Counted from the whole stretch's first letter, positions 26,431-38,902 are shown. The stretch is DNA of 63,851 nt, filler included, from Octopus bimaculoides (GCF_001194135.2; 8 parts of 7 records of this genome joined end to end with filler, not necessarily neighbours in it); one strand, 5' to 3'. Notes: generated from the sequence alone by a model not told the origin. A program made the numbers and translations.

Positions 26431-26977
26431 CACAAAGTTTTCGAAAAGTTTTCATCGTTCTCGACACAATCAAGATCTTGTTCAACTGAAACTCGAGTGT
26501 CTTTTTAGTTAGCTGAAAGCAGTTTTGGTTCAAACTTCGCAGACCCGCGTCTCTTATACCCAAATCTTCAATGATCATCTGTACATCTCCTGATAACTTA
26601 CGGATGGTGTCTCTACGATTACTCCTCTCAGTTGCATGCACATCTGCGATGTTATTCTCAGTTGCGGGTATCCCTGAACGTTCGTCAATATCGACATTTT
26701 TTCAGCCGTCTTGGAAATATCTGAACCACTCGTACACTTGTGTGTGGCTCATACACTCCTCTCCATACACTCCTCTCCATACACTCCTCTCCATACACTC
26801 CGCTCCATACACTCCTCTCCATACACACCTCTCCATACACTCCTCTCCATACACTCCTCTCCATACACTACTCTCCATACACTCCTCTCCATACACTTTC
26901 TGCAACTTTGCATAGGCCTCTGAGCAGGTATCGACATGACAGCTTTCCTTGTCATGGTCAATGCGAGGATCACACGC
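26431..26977 (-). mobile_element. mariner 5' portion, same family, opposite strand
   Basis: DTCSEAYAKLQKVYGEE[repeat]CMSHTQVYEWFRYFQDG*KNVDIDERSG.P; shares the leader TAGCGTGTGATC.TCGCATTGACCATGACA with the + copy. Confidence 0.85.
26750..26896. repeat. 14-bp minisatellite (CATACACTCCTCTC) x10.5 inside the transposase
   Basis: Units start at 26750 and every 14 bp to 26890. Confidence 0.95.
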
Positions 26978-26984
26978 TAGATAA

Positions 26985-27094
26985 CGGAGACACCGGTTGT
27001 CACATGACGGTGGGAGAGAACAGACCGACATTGGTTGTCCAACGATGGCAGGGTAGAACCACAAACACAGAGTCACACACATACGTGCGCGCAA

Positions 27095-27162
<68 letters not shown>

Positions 27163-27318
27163 ATTCAACTGACTTCCGCGAGTTTCTCTACACTAAATCC
27201 ACTCACAAAGCATTGCTCAACCCAGGGCAATACTAAATGACATTTACCCAAGTGCCGCACAGTGTGACTGAACTTAAGACCATGGGATTACGAAGCAATC
27301 TTCTTACCGCGCTGTCAT
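26985..27318 (-). mobile_element. SINE family A, diverged, with internal (CA)n
   Basis: CACCGGTTGTC..CACAAACACAG, (CA)n, then AAATCCACTCACAAAGC..CCCAAGTGCCGCACAGTG. Confidence 0.7.
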
Positions 27319-27670
27319 ATCAAGTTATTTGTCGAACTGTTGTTTAACATAATTTTAGAGATAAAAGAGAAAGATAAGATGAGCGTCGAACAAAGAGAAA
27401 TCTACGGATACCATACAATACAATACTATAATTATCATACCAGCAATTCTTGGGGGCATGTGGTTGTGTAACTAACTATTTCATCACCAATCTTGAGAAG
27501 TTGGGCTTCACAAAATAAGGAAGGACACGGTTAATTAAGAAATTATGGTTAGAAGCCAATAATGGAACTGTGAAAATATGTGAGACATTCCACAAGTTTA
27601 GAATGTATTAGGCACATCTACATACGTGTATGTATATATGTATATATATATATATATATATACATACGTG

Positions 27671-27708
<38 letters not shown>

Positions 27709-27712
27709 CGTG

Positions 27713-27750
<38 letters not shown>

Positions 27751-29504
27751 CACATACATTACACACACACACACATACACATGCATATACGTTAGTCTAA
27801 ACAGAAAGATCGGTACATACAATGACATGCATACTTACATACATACATGCGTACGCAGAAACACCCATGCGTATACACACGTGCGCGCATACACACTCAC
27901 ACACACGCACGCACGCACATATATACGCACTCACTATATATATGAACACATACATATAATTATGTATGCTCACACATACACACACACATACACATACTCC
28001 GATAGTTTGCTAGTTCTAAAGTAGGTAAACCTCTCTACTTAGCGCAACATTTCTTCAAAACCTTCATGTACAACAACAACAACGACGACAGCCCACACAT
28101 CGTTTCCCAGTCAGTTATTTTAATCAACGTCCGTAACCTCGTGACTATCTCGTCTGCTCGCGGTTTCTCTTCCTTTACGCCGTTCGACTATCTCCTTTAC
28201 TTCATTTCTTCACTTCTTTCTTCTTTCTTATTATTCGCTTCTACTTTCTCGATTTTTTTTTCATTTTTCGTTTTTCCTCTTTTCTTTCTTCTTTTTCTAG
28301 ATATGTCTACATTCTCAATATTCTTCTCCGTCAGAATCCGTCGTCATTCCTGTAGGATTTATAATTCTGGTTTTGCTTCCTTTTCTTCACTCAAAACCAG
28401 TGGCGGCACGTAGATAAAATTAGTGGGGCTGCTGCTTCAGAAAATTTTTAGTCGTTGTTTTAATATTGTGTGAAAATTTATACATAAAAAGAAAATTTAT
28501 ACATAAACTTGATCGGTTTACGTTTTAGTCTCTGCCGGGTAGTGTGTTTAATTTATTCACTGAACCCCGCCACGAATTCCTCCTTGTTTTTTAAAAATTC
28601 CCCCTAAATCACAAAATAAGGGGGAAAAATCTGCCCTATTTTTAAAATCCTGGCAGCAACACTATAGCTGGAAGCAGGATAATAATCTAATTCTGCACTT
28701 TATCACAATGAAGAATATAAACACGTTTTTAAGTACAGCACATACGAAGTCAAAAAGAAATACTACCTTTCACCAGCACACCAGGGTCGGAACTGCGTGA
28801 GCCTCAGTACTCTCTCTCCCTAGCGTGCAGCTTCCCATCTCGGACACGTGCGCATAAATATCAAAATAATATATATACAGAGAGCGATGGGTAACTTGTC
28901 GGCATTTTATATTTTTAATTTCGCGCGTGCACATTGTCTTTGATTTTGTCGACTACACAGTATAGTAGGGTCAGTTGGGTACCGTCCGTGAGAAAGCCAG
29001 CACTATGATGCAGTTCACTCTGTCAGAAATGTCCAATATGAACATTTCAGAGTGTTTGGGTGTCGGATGGAGACGAAAATCGTTCCAGCAGCGGCAAGTG
29101 AAAACACCTGTTGCATTTCGGCCTAATTAGGTGTTGTCAATGTTGTATAATCACAGTCAACTACATGCTTAGACGAAATCTGTCGCCACTGATATAGAAA
29201 ACGGTGAAGAAGCGGATTTTTATTCAGCTGGGCGGCTAATTGCAACATCAGTCATTGTTTATTCCCCGTTTTTCTATTTATAAGCGGCAACAAACCCCGT
29301 CTAAGCATGTGGCTAGCTGTGAGTACACGTTATTGACAACAATCAACGAAGCAGAAATGCGCCTTGCTTTCTCACTTACAGCTTCTGTGACGATTTTCAT
29401 TTCCCTCACAACGCATCCTTAAGAGATATTATCTCCGGACGAATACCGCAGTAAATTTGCCATTCACGATATATATACATTTAGTGTAATACTTCGTGTT
29501 ATAG

Positions 29505-29544
<40 letters not shown>

Positions 29545-31557
29545 TTTTTTTTATTCATCTTTCACTATTTTTAAAGAAATCGGCATATTTGTTTCGGATT
29601 TTATTCCATTTTCTCTCTCTCGTTTGTTCATGATGTCATTTCTTTTATTTTATTGGTGAGTTTTATGCAACTTATTACTTCCCTTTCAAGTCACGCTCTC
29701 TTTTATCTTTACTTCTTGTTTTTGTTCTTGGCATGTAGTTCTTTTCACATTCTATTCCCCACCCCTTTCGTCTATCATTCTCCTATCACACTCGCTAATT
29801 TTCCTCTTTCTCCTCTTCTTACTTCCACCGTACTTAAAGCTATCTTCTTTCTTCATTTTCTAACCTTCCTTTTTATTTTTTCCTTGACTTTTCGTTTTTC
29901 CTTGTCTGTCTGTCTGTCTGTCTTTCTGAATTTAAAAGTTTCTTTCTTAACTATCTCCCCCCTTTTTCTCATTCCATTTTTATTCAGTTGCTTCTCTTCC
30001 CTACTCTCTTTTTTCGTTACTTTATTCTTATTTATTCTTATATATCTTCTCCTCTCCGTATTCTTTATACTTTTCAAATATCTTCTATCCATCAAGATAT
30101 CTTATGTCTATCTTTCTATCTTTCCGTCCACCTCTTTATGTTTCCGTCTTCTGCCTTGTTTCCCCCTTACAATCTTCGCTTCTGTCTTTCCACTAACTTC
30201 ATTGCTTCCATTTCTCACATCATTCTATCTATCTTTCTTTCTATTTCCCCCTACTGCCATTCTCAACCTTCCTGTTCAGTTATTTTCTATTTAACTCCAT
30301 TCCAATTTTTACTGCCGACAGACAGGTCACCGTTTTCATCCATCAAAACCGCAGCCATATTTGGTGCCGTATGGCTTGTACAAGTGTCGACATCTGGTGG
30401 CGGAAGAAGAAATAGACGTAGATAGATGGATAAATAGATAGATAAAAAGATAAAAGAGATAAATAGATAAACNNNNNNNNNNNNNNNNNNNNNNNNNNNN
30501 NNNNNNNNNNNNNNNNNNNNNNNNNNNNNNNNNNNNNNNNNNNNNNNNNNNNNNNNNNNNNNNNNNNNNNNNNNNNNNNNNNNNNNNNNNNNNNNNNNNN
30601 NNNNNNNNNNNNNNNNNNNNNNNNNNNNNNNNNNNNNNNNNNNNNNNNNNNNNNNNNNNNNNNNNNNNNNNNNNNNNNNNNNNNNNNNNNNNNNNNNNNN
30701 NNNNNNNNNNNNNNNNNNNNNNNNNNNNNNNNNNNNNNNNNNNNNNNNNNNNNNNNNNNNNNNNNNNNNNNNNNNNNNNNNNNNNNNNNNNNNNNNNNNN
30801 NNNNNNNNNNNNNNNNNNNNNNNNNNNNNNNNNNNNNNNNNNNNNNNNNNNNNNNNNNNNNNNNNNNNNNNNNNNNNNNNNNNNNNNNNNNNNNNNNNNN
30901 NNNNNNNNNNNNNNNNNNNNNNNNNNNNNNNNNNNNNNNNNNNNNNNNNNNNNNNNNNNNNNNNNNNNNNNNNNNNNNNNNNNNNNNNNNNNNNNNNNNN
31001 NNNNNNNNNNNNNNNNNNNNNNNNNNNNNNNNNNNNNNNNNNNNNNNNNNNNNNNNNNNNNNNNNNNNNNNNNNNNNNNNNNNNNNNNNNNNNNNNNNNN
31101 NNNNNNNNNNNNNNNNNNNNNNNNNNNNNNNNNNNNNNNNNNNNNNNNNNNNNNNNNNNNNNNNNNNNNNNNNNNNNNNNNNNNNNNNNNNNNNNNNNNN
31201 NNNNNNNNNNNNNNNNNNNNNNNNNNNNNNNNNNNNNNNNNNNNNNNNNNNNNNNNNNNNNNNNNNNNNNNNNNNNNNNNNNNNNNNNNNNNNNNNNNNN
31301 NNNNNNNNNNNNNNNNNNNNNNNNNNNNNNNNNNNNNNNNNNNNNNNNNNNNNNNNNNNNNNNNNNNNNNNNNNNNNNNNNNNNNNNNNNNNNNNNNNNN
31401 NNNNNNNNNNNNNNNNNNNNNNNNNNNNNNNNNNNNNNNNNNNATATATAGATATATATATATATATATATATACTCAGACAACACACATGCATGCATAC
31501 ATACATACATACATACATACATACATACATACATACATACATACATACATACACACG

Positions 31558-31589
<32 letters not shown>

Positions 31590-31852
31590 TGTATTGTGTT
31601 CGTATGTGTTATACCTACGTGAACAGTCGAGAGAAAGAATGGCCGAATACAAGAAAGCTGTTGAATGTGTAAACAAACAACCTCAGATACAAATGAAGAC
31701 GTGGGTAAATGGGTGGTGGTGGTGATGATGGAGGGGGTGGGGGTGAGACATATTTAAAAGAAGTGTCAGTCGGTATTTGTGGATACGTCTATATATATGT
31801 GTATGCATAAGTGTGCGCGTGTTTGTGAGAATCTAAGCGCAGGGATTTCATA

Positions 31853-31891
<39 letters not shown>

Positions 31892-31948
31892 CGCACATAT
31901 ATACAAATATATATATATATATATAACATATATGCATACATATATTTG

Positions 31949-31988
<40 letters not shown>

Positions 31989-32846
31989 TAGATAGATATA
32001 TACACACATATATTGCATCTATCTATCTATCTATCTATCTATCTATNNNNNNNNNNNNNNNNNNNNNNNNNNNNNNNNNNNNNNNNNNNNNNNNNNNNNN
32101 NNNNNNNNNNNNNNNNNNNNNNNNNNNNNNNNNNNNNNNNNNNNNNNNNNNNNNNNNNNNNNNNNNNNNNNNNNNNNNNNNNNNNNNNNNNNNNNNNNNN
32201 NNNNNNNNNNNNNNNNNNNNNNNNNNNNNNNNNNNNNNNNNNNNNNNNNNNNNNNNNNNNNNNNNNNNNNNNNNNNNNNNNNNNNNNNNNNNNNNNNNNN
32301 NNNNNNNNNNNNNNNNNNNNNNNNNNNNNNNNNNNNNNNNNNNNNNNNNNNNNNNNNNNNNNNNNNNNNNNNNNNNNNNNNNNNNNNNNNNNNNNNNNNN
32401 NNNNNNNNNNNNNNNNNNNNNNNNNNNNNNNNNNNNNNNNNNNNNNNNNNNNNNNNNNNNNNNNNNNNNNNNNNNNNNNNNNNNNNNNNNNNNNNNNNNN
32501 NNNNNNNNNNNNNNNNNNNNNNNNNNNNNNNNNNNNNNNNNNNNNNNNNNNNNNNNNNNNNNNNNNNNNNNNNNNNNNNNNNNNNNNNNNNNNNNNNNNN
32601 NNNNNNNNNNNNNNNNNNNNNNNNNNNNNNNNNNNNNNNNNNNNNNNNNNNNNNNNNNNNNNNNNNNNNNNNNNNNNNNNNNNNNNNNNNNNNNNNNNNN
32701 NNNNNNNNNNNNNNNNNNNNNNNNNNNNNNNNNNNNNNNNNNNNNNNNNNNNNNNNNNNNNNNNNNNNNNNNNNNNNNNNNNNNNNNNNNNNNNNNNNNN
32801 NNNNNNNNNNNNNNNNNNNNNNNNNNNNNNNNNNNNNNNNNNNNNN

Positions 32847-32916
<70 letters not shown>

Positions 32917-33484
32917 ACACACTGATAAGATATAATATATATTGTTGCTTGCTTATATAAGAACACACGCATGCCGCAAACAAATGCGGCATGCGTATAC
33001 CTAAGGCATACATACATACATACATACATACATGCATGCATACATATATACATTATGCATACATGTGTGTGTGTATGTGTGTGTGTGTGTGTGTGTGTGT
33101 ACTAACGCAGACTTAGATTGTTGATAATTTTGTAGATTAATAGACTCAAAGACAGATAAGCAGGCATAGAAATGCATAGTGACAGTCAGTCAGATAGACA
33201 GACAGACAGATAGACAGACAGACAGGTAGCTAGCACCATAGACAGATGGACAGATAGATAGACAGACAGAGAGAGAGAGAGACAGACTGACAGTCAGTCA
33301 AATACCTAAAGCAACCAAATCGTGCAAAACCGCATATTGCGCACCCATAGACCACCAGAAATGATTTCACAAGAAATTGAGAAATAATTGTTATATACTG
33401 CTTCAAGTAAATCGCCATTTATCTGTATCATCTATTTAATAAGTACCACATCTTTTAATCACGTAATTAATCTTGTTTAACACG

Positions 33485-33620
33485 TGCCAGCCGGTGAAAA
33501 AATGGATAAAACATGTGGGCATTATCAAAGTTTACCTTTCATCCGTTGAGGAGTCGATGAAATACGTGTCAGTAATGCAACAGGGGTCGATATAATCGAC
33601 TATTTTCACACCTTCATTTT
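33485..33620 (+). mobile_element. SINE family B, degenerate
   Basis: CCTTTCATCCGTTGAGGAGTCGATGAAATA..GGGGTCGATATAATCGAC. Confidence 0.65.
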
Positions 33621-33850
33621 CTAACCTCGTCGGATATAATTTGAAAACCACGGACAAAGGGTGGCGAACAGATAAAAAGAATGCCATTGACTTGTTGAGA
33701 ACTTGTTTCAACTATCTTTTTATTGCAAGACCAAATTGTACAAGTAGTAAAGTTTGTGGTAAATAAAAACTAATTGCTATGAACCACACCCCACACCAAA
33801 TTTAATTACTGTATTTCCCGGAGCTGAAAATAAAACTAGGAAATTTACTG

Positions 33851-33958
33851 TGACGTCATAGAGAGTGTTTCTCGCCGAACGAGGAGCTTTAAGGAGAAGT
33901 ATTTGAGTATTGGAAACGAGGCAGACAATTTTCCATATTTAATGACATTAAGATGGCG
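33851..33958 (+). promoter_or_regulatory. CRE palindrome plus YY1-like motif
   Basis: TGACGTCA at 33851-33858 and AAGATGGCG at 33950-33958; motif match only. Confidence 0.25.
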
Positions 33959-34156
33959 TCCGACTTTTTAAAATCATCCAGCATCATAGTGAATGAAGAA
34001 GTATTATGATGATGTAAAATTGTAATGGAGAGGTGGAACAAAATAATTCTACTAATATTTTTTGGTGAAGAAGTTGGACAAAATAAATTAACATGTTCGT
34101 ATAGACCACGGTGGGATTTGATCGAAGAACACAAAAACTAGAAGAAATATCGCAAG

Positions 34157-34455
34157 CGTTTCGGCTGATATACTCTCCAGCCTTCTGCAGGTGTCCTGGG
34201 GGGAAATTTCGATGTTATTATTGTTATTGTTATTCAGGTCACTGCCTGGAATCGAACTTGGAAATAATAATAACAGTAATAACATCGAAAAATACCTTAG
34301 GAATGAGAACCCAAGTTCGAAATTTCCTCAGGGTACCTGAAGAAGGCTGGAGAGTATATCAGCCGAAACGTTGTGTTAACAACAAACATGATGAGGACAG
34401 ATGTCCGTCAAATGTAAATAATGTAAATAATTCCTCATCTCTCAAATATAGAACT
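34157..34455. mobile_element. Non-autonomous retroelement insertion with inverted 5' arm and two hammerhead motifs
   Basis: 13-bp TSD GAAATATCGCAAG (34144-34156, 34456-34468). 34157-34220 is the reverse complement of 34277-34370, with one internal deletion. B-box GTTCGATTCC on the minus strand at 34248-34257. Confidence 0.88.
34332..34377 (+). ncRNA. Minimal type-I hammerhead ribozyme
   Basis: Stem I GGUAC/GUGUU, core CUGAAGA plus extra A, stem II GGCUG/CAGCC, GAAA, palindromic stem III ACGU, site GUU (after 34372). Confidence 0.8.
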
Positions 34456-35174
34456 GAAATATCGCAAGGTATTCGATCTAATTCTTACAGTTCTGCCAAC
34501 CAGACCGTCTTGGTTTGATCCTTTTTTTTTAACGATCTCGAAAGAATGAAAAGTAAAAATTATTTTAGTGCAATTTGAACTCAAAAAGCCGAGAGTTAAA
34601 GCAAATCCAAAGAAGCATTATANNNNNNNNNNNNNNNNNNNNNNNNNNNNNNNNNNNNNNNNNNNNNNNNNNNNNNNNNNNNNNNNNNNNNNNNNNNNNN
34701 NNNNNNNNNNNNNNNNNNNNNNNNNNNNNNNNNNNNNNNNNNNNNNNNNNNNNNNNNNNNNNNNNNNNNNNNNNNNNNNNNNNNNNNNNNNNNNNNNNNN
34801 NNNNNNNNNNNNNNNNNNNNNNNNNNNNNNNNNNNNNNNNNNNNNNNNNNNNNNNNNNNNNNNNNNNNNNNNNNNNNNNNNNNNNNNNNNNNNNNNNNNN
34901 NNNNNNNNNNNNNNNNNNNNNNNNNNNNNNNNNNNNNNNNNNNNNNNNNNNNNNNNNNNNNNNNNNNNNNNNNNNNNNNNNNNNNNNNNNNNNNNNNNNN
35001 NNNNNNNNNNNNNNNNNNNNNNNNNNNNNNNNNNNNNNNNNNNNNNNNNNNNNNNNNNNNNNNNNNNNNNNNNNNNNNNNNNNNNNNNNNNNNNNNNNNN
35101 NNNNNNNNNNNNNNNNNNNNNNNNNNNNNNNNNNNNNNNNNNNNNNNNNNNNNNNNNNNNNNNNNNNNNNATAT

Positions 35175-35330
35175 ATGCATATATGGGTTCAGGACGTCAC
35201 AAAGCATAAACAGCATGAAATACAAAGACAGACTTTTTTATGCGAACAGCGAGAGAAACAAATGGGAAACAAGACAAGTAACATAAAGAACGACCCTTCA
35301 TCAGTTGTCGGCTGTTTCAGTCTCCTCGAA
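35175..35330 (-). mobile_element. Probable Penelope pseudo-LTR fragment with a half hammerhead core
   Basis: Minus-strand CTGATGA-AGGG (35294-35304), the same start as the 52173 HHR; the downstream sequence runs into the N-gap. Confidence 0.35.
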
Positions 35331-35419
35331 ATGTGAAATATAGCTTCAAGGAGGTTGGTGTAGGGGCAGGTGAGTGACAGATAAATAAACTGTCGTTAAT
35401 TCTTCATTTAGTCCGCTCG

Positions 35420-35453
35420 TTGGATGATGGCGATGATGATGATGATGGTGATA

Positions 35454-35496
<43 letters not shown>

Positions 35497-35707
35497 CGAC
35501 TACGACGGTGCAGTTGATGATGATGGTTATGCTGGTGATGGTGGAGCAATGGTAGTGTTGATGATGTCCTCAATGATGATGGTGGTGGTAGTAGTTATGG
35601 CGACGACGATGATGATGTTTATGATGATGATGATGATGAAGGTGGTGGTGGTGGTGATTGTAGTGGTGGTGGTAATGATGATGATGGCGATTAAGGTAGT
35701 GGTGTTG

Positions 35708-35741
<34 letters not shown>

Positions 35742-35765
35742 TGATGATGATGATGATGATGACGG
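35420..35765. repeat. Mixed (GAT/GGT/GAC)n repeat
   Basis: Tandem triplets. Confidence 0.92.
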
Positions 35766-35832
35766 TTGTGAAGAATAGGGTGATAGTGAGAGCGATGTGG
35801 GAGGTAGGTGCAGTGGTGGAGGCAAGAGAGAA

Positions 35833-35863
<31 letters not shown>

Positions 35864-36626
35864 GGGAGAGGGANNNNNNNNNNNNNNNNNNNNNNNNNNN
35901 NNNNNNNNNNNNNNNNNTTAATTAATTAANNNNNNNNNNNNNNNNNNNNNNNNNNNNNNNNNNNNNNNNNNNNTATAAACATATGTATATTTACATAACC
36001 CTTACACGCAGTGCATGCACAGACACGCACGCGCACATCTACCACTGCAAGTATATGTACGTGTGCATCGGTCTGTAAGATACACACTTAAACTATTAAA
36101 GATATAATAGAGCTTTCGAAGTATCGATTTTTGTGATTTAAAAACATTACAAAATTAATAAAAATTATGAATTGCAAAATGTGCAAAGCTGTATTTCTGT
36201 ACGAATATATAATTACTGTTCGCAGATTTCTGTAATGAAAACTGATACCGTATATTGAGATAATTAAACGTGCCAAATTATTAATAACTCTTGTTTATCT
36301 CATCACCTGAATCTTATAGAACTATACGCAAGTAAATTTTTTCCTCACCTAGATTACGAGATGATCAGTGTGTCGAAGTGTTGTTTGTATTTGCACGGTA
36401 AAAGAAAAAAATCAAAAACGGGTTATAGTATAGGTGTTAAATGACTTTTTAATCTTTGTGAATCTCAAACTTTTAGTTTCTCGATTCGAAATAACTTTGT
36501 TTTTGGCAAAATAATTTTTTTTATTATGATTATTATTTCTATTAATGATGTGTCCTGTACGATTTTCTTTTCAGGTGTGATTTATGATTATACGTCAAAA
36601 ATGATTATAAATTTATATTGCTTTGA

Positions 36627-36698
36627 ATGGATGAGGCACAAGTTCGATATTATAAGAGTATAGAGGAGTTTCTGTTCTTGAGTGAAGAAATGCGAAAG
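36627..36698 (+). CDS. Weak candidate first coding exon MDEAQVRYYKSIEEFLFLSEEMRK
   Basis: Acceptor TTTTCTTTTCAG at 36574, ATG at 36627, donor AAG|GTAAAC; no homology recognised and no convincing next exon. Confidence 0.2.
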
Positions 36699-37511
36699 GT
36701 AAACAAATGTAGAAATTCATATTAGAAAGAGAAAAATAAACCAGTGTAAATATTAAACTGTATCTTTTGACGTATCATCAACTCATTTCTTACGTGTGTT
36801 ATTATTCAGTTTCATTTGAGGATTTCTTGTCAATAAAGAAAAATTAGGTTTCTAACCTGGATCCAATTCGCCTTCATTGAAAATTCAACTACCACTGGGT
36901 ATTGTTGCATGTATTTTTGTATATGTATATTCTAGGCAGCTACCTCTCCATCAAATACTTCAACCACACTCCCTTTATCACAGCGTTTTATAAATTTATT
37001 AAGCCCATTCCTGTCTTCAATTTTCCTCTTTCTCTCCAAGACACATTAAACAGATTATCCCTTACTCAGAAATTCCTCTTCCTCTTTCGTCGTCTGTGAA
37101 GCAGTCATCATTATATTTTTTATGCGATCAAAATTCATGGTCTCTCTCGTCCATCAACGTGGATATGCTTGAGGATATACCTAACCACAGGCACCCTGTC
37201 ACCTTCATTTCTTTTCTTGGTTCATGTTTCAAGCCGTCTGTTCATTTAAATTGTAAGAATCTTAAATCTTTTCATCTACTACATTTTTTTTTTTCATGAA
37301 CCATTAAATGCGACGGCCTCAATTTAATTCACTGTAAAATAAAGTACTTCGAAGAAGTAAAAGCAATCTTTGAAAAAGATGCAGACGGTTGAGATTCTCT
37401 CCTTACAAAGGTTTACATATTGCGTTATCATAATTCTTTTCTCAATAAAGTTAATATCAGTAATACATTAAATTGAGTAGATCAATCACACACCTCATTT
37501 AGATTTTTTAT

Positions 37512-37732
37512 TTCGACAGGGTACAGGAAAGTTCCTGGCTTTAATGGTATCTCAAAAGGCCTGGCTGGAGATCCAAACTTCCGAGTTCTTTTACATGGCT
37601 TAGAAATACTGGACGATCACTCTAAGTGTGTGAATTTGAGGTGGGATGTGTTGAATAAAATCATTAACTTATCCTCATGTATTTTATATTTTCATTTACA
37701 CAAAGCCAAGAACTTTTCAGTAAGCCCTCGTA
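37512..37732. mobile_element. mariner-derived MITE
   Basis: TIRs ..AAAGTTCCTGGCTTT / AAAGCCAAGAACTTTT..CCCTCGTA; retains a KCVNLR-like transposase C-terminal remnant. Confidence 0.75.
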
Positions 37733-38902
37733 TAAGGTCACGGTCATTCATTTTTAGGTCTGTTTTAGAAAGAATTAAGTCAAGGGCTACAAGCTGTTTC
37801 ACAAATCGTATAAGGAATGATTCACGTATTCGCTAGTTCGAATAGGCTTGTGAAATATGAAATTAAACGTAAAAACTGCGGCTATAGTGATGTATGATGG
37901 ACCCAATACTAGCACCGACGTTAATTCTGTTCTCTTAAATTCCTTGAATACTATTTGTATATAAGGAAGTATCTAAGAGGTACTAAATATAGGGACGAAA
38001 AAACCATTAGTTTATTATGTTAGAACATTCTCATCATTATTCCTGTCTTTGATTTTAAGTTTAGCAAACATTAATATATATATATGCAATCATTTATTCG
38101 CACCTGTATACCTTTATTTGTGTATCGATAGATTTCTCGAATAATAAATAATATATTTTACAAAATACGAAAGGAAATTATTCCGTAGCACTGAAGGATG
38201 TATTCTTCAATTCCAATCTAAAATACATTTTTCGAGTCGCTTAATCCAGATAGTTGTCTTCAGTAGTTTGTAATAAAAGAATTGCGCCCTGCAACAAAAC
38301 AAATGGATGCAAGTGTAAGGATGTTTTCTTTCTTTTTCCACAAAGGTTTCTTAGAGATGGCAAAGGGGAATGACCCTTATGACATTAAACGGACTTCCGT
38401 TTATCTATATCCGCTTTTATTATGCTTAACATCGCATCGCAATTTTCGAACCAAAGACGTTTTCATTAAATATTCTATTCAAAGTCCTGTGTATTCCATT
38501 AAATACTGATATATTAAATCAGTATGGCTTTATATATCAAATAATCTTACGCACAAAAGTCAATTTACACCACGTAATGTTGGCAGTTTGCATAAGAGTG
38601 GGTAACAGACTGAAATTGTTCCTTTGGCTTCATACGTTTATAAAAGCTAATACATGTATGATTGAAAAGGAAGTGAAACTGCTTCGGAAACACTACTGGA
38701 TGAGTTAGAGCCATTTTCTGTAATGTAATTCAGTATTATGCCTTGGCACACTCTACTCAATTAGATTTTTACTCACTTGCTGATTACTTAGATTGTATTA
38801 AATTGAGTGTCGGGTTATGTTGCAAGCCACTTACTCACCGTCACTAACATTTACTTACAGCCCACTGTGCTTGGGGAACAAAGAATAGCAAATATACCAA
38901 AT

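Noticed and set aside
26750-26896. Regular short-period array, superficially CRISPR-like
   Set aside because: Head-to-tail 14-bp units with no unique spacers and no cas genes; derived from mariner coding sequence.
28399-28663. Possible CAGTGGCGG-type MITE
   Set aside because: The right end is too degenerate to establish TIRs or a TSD.
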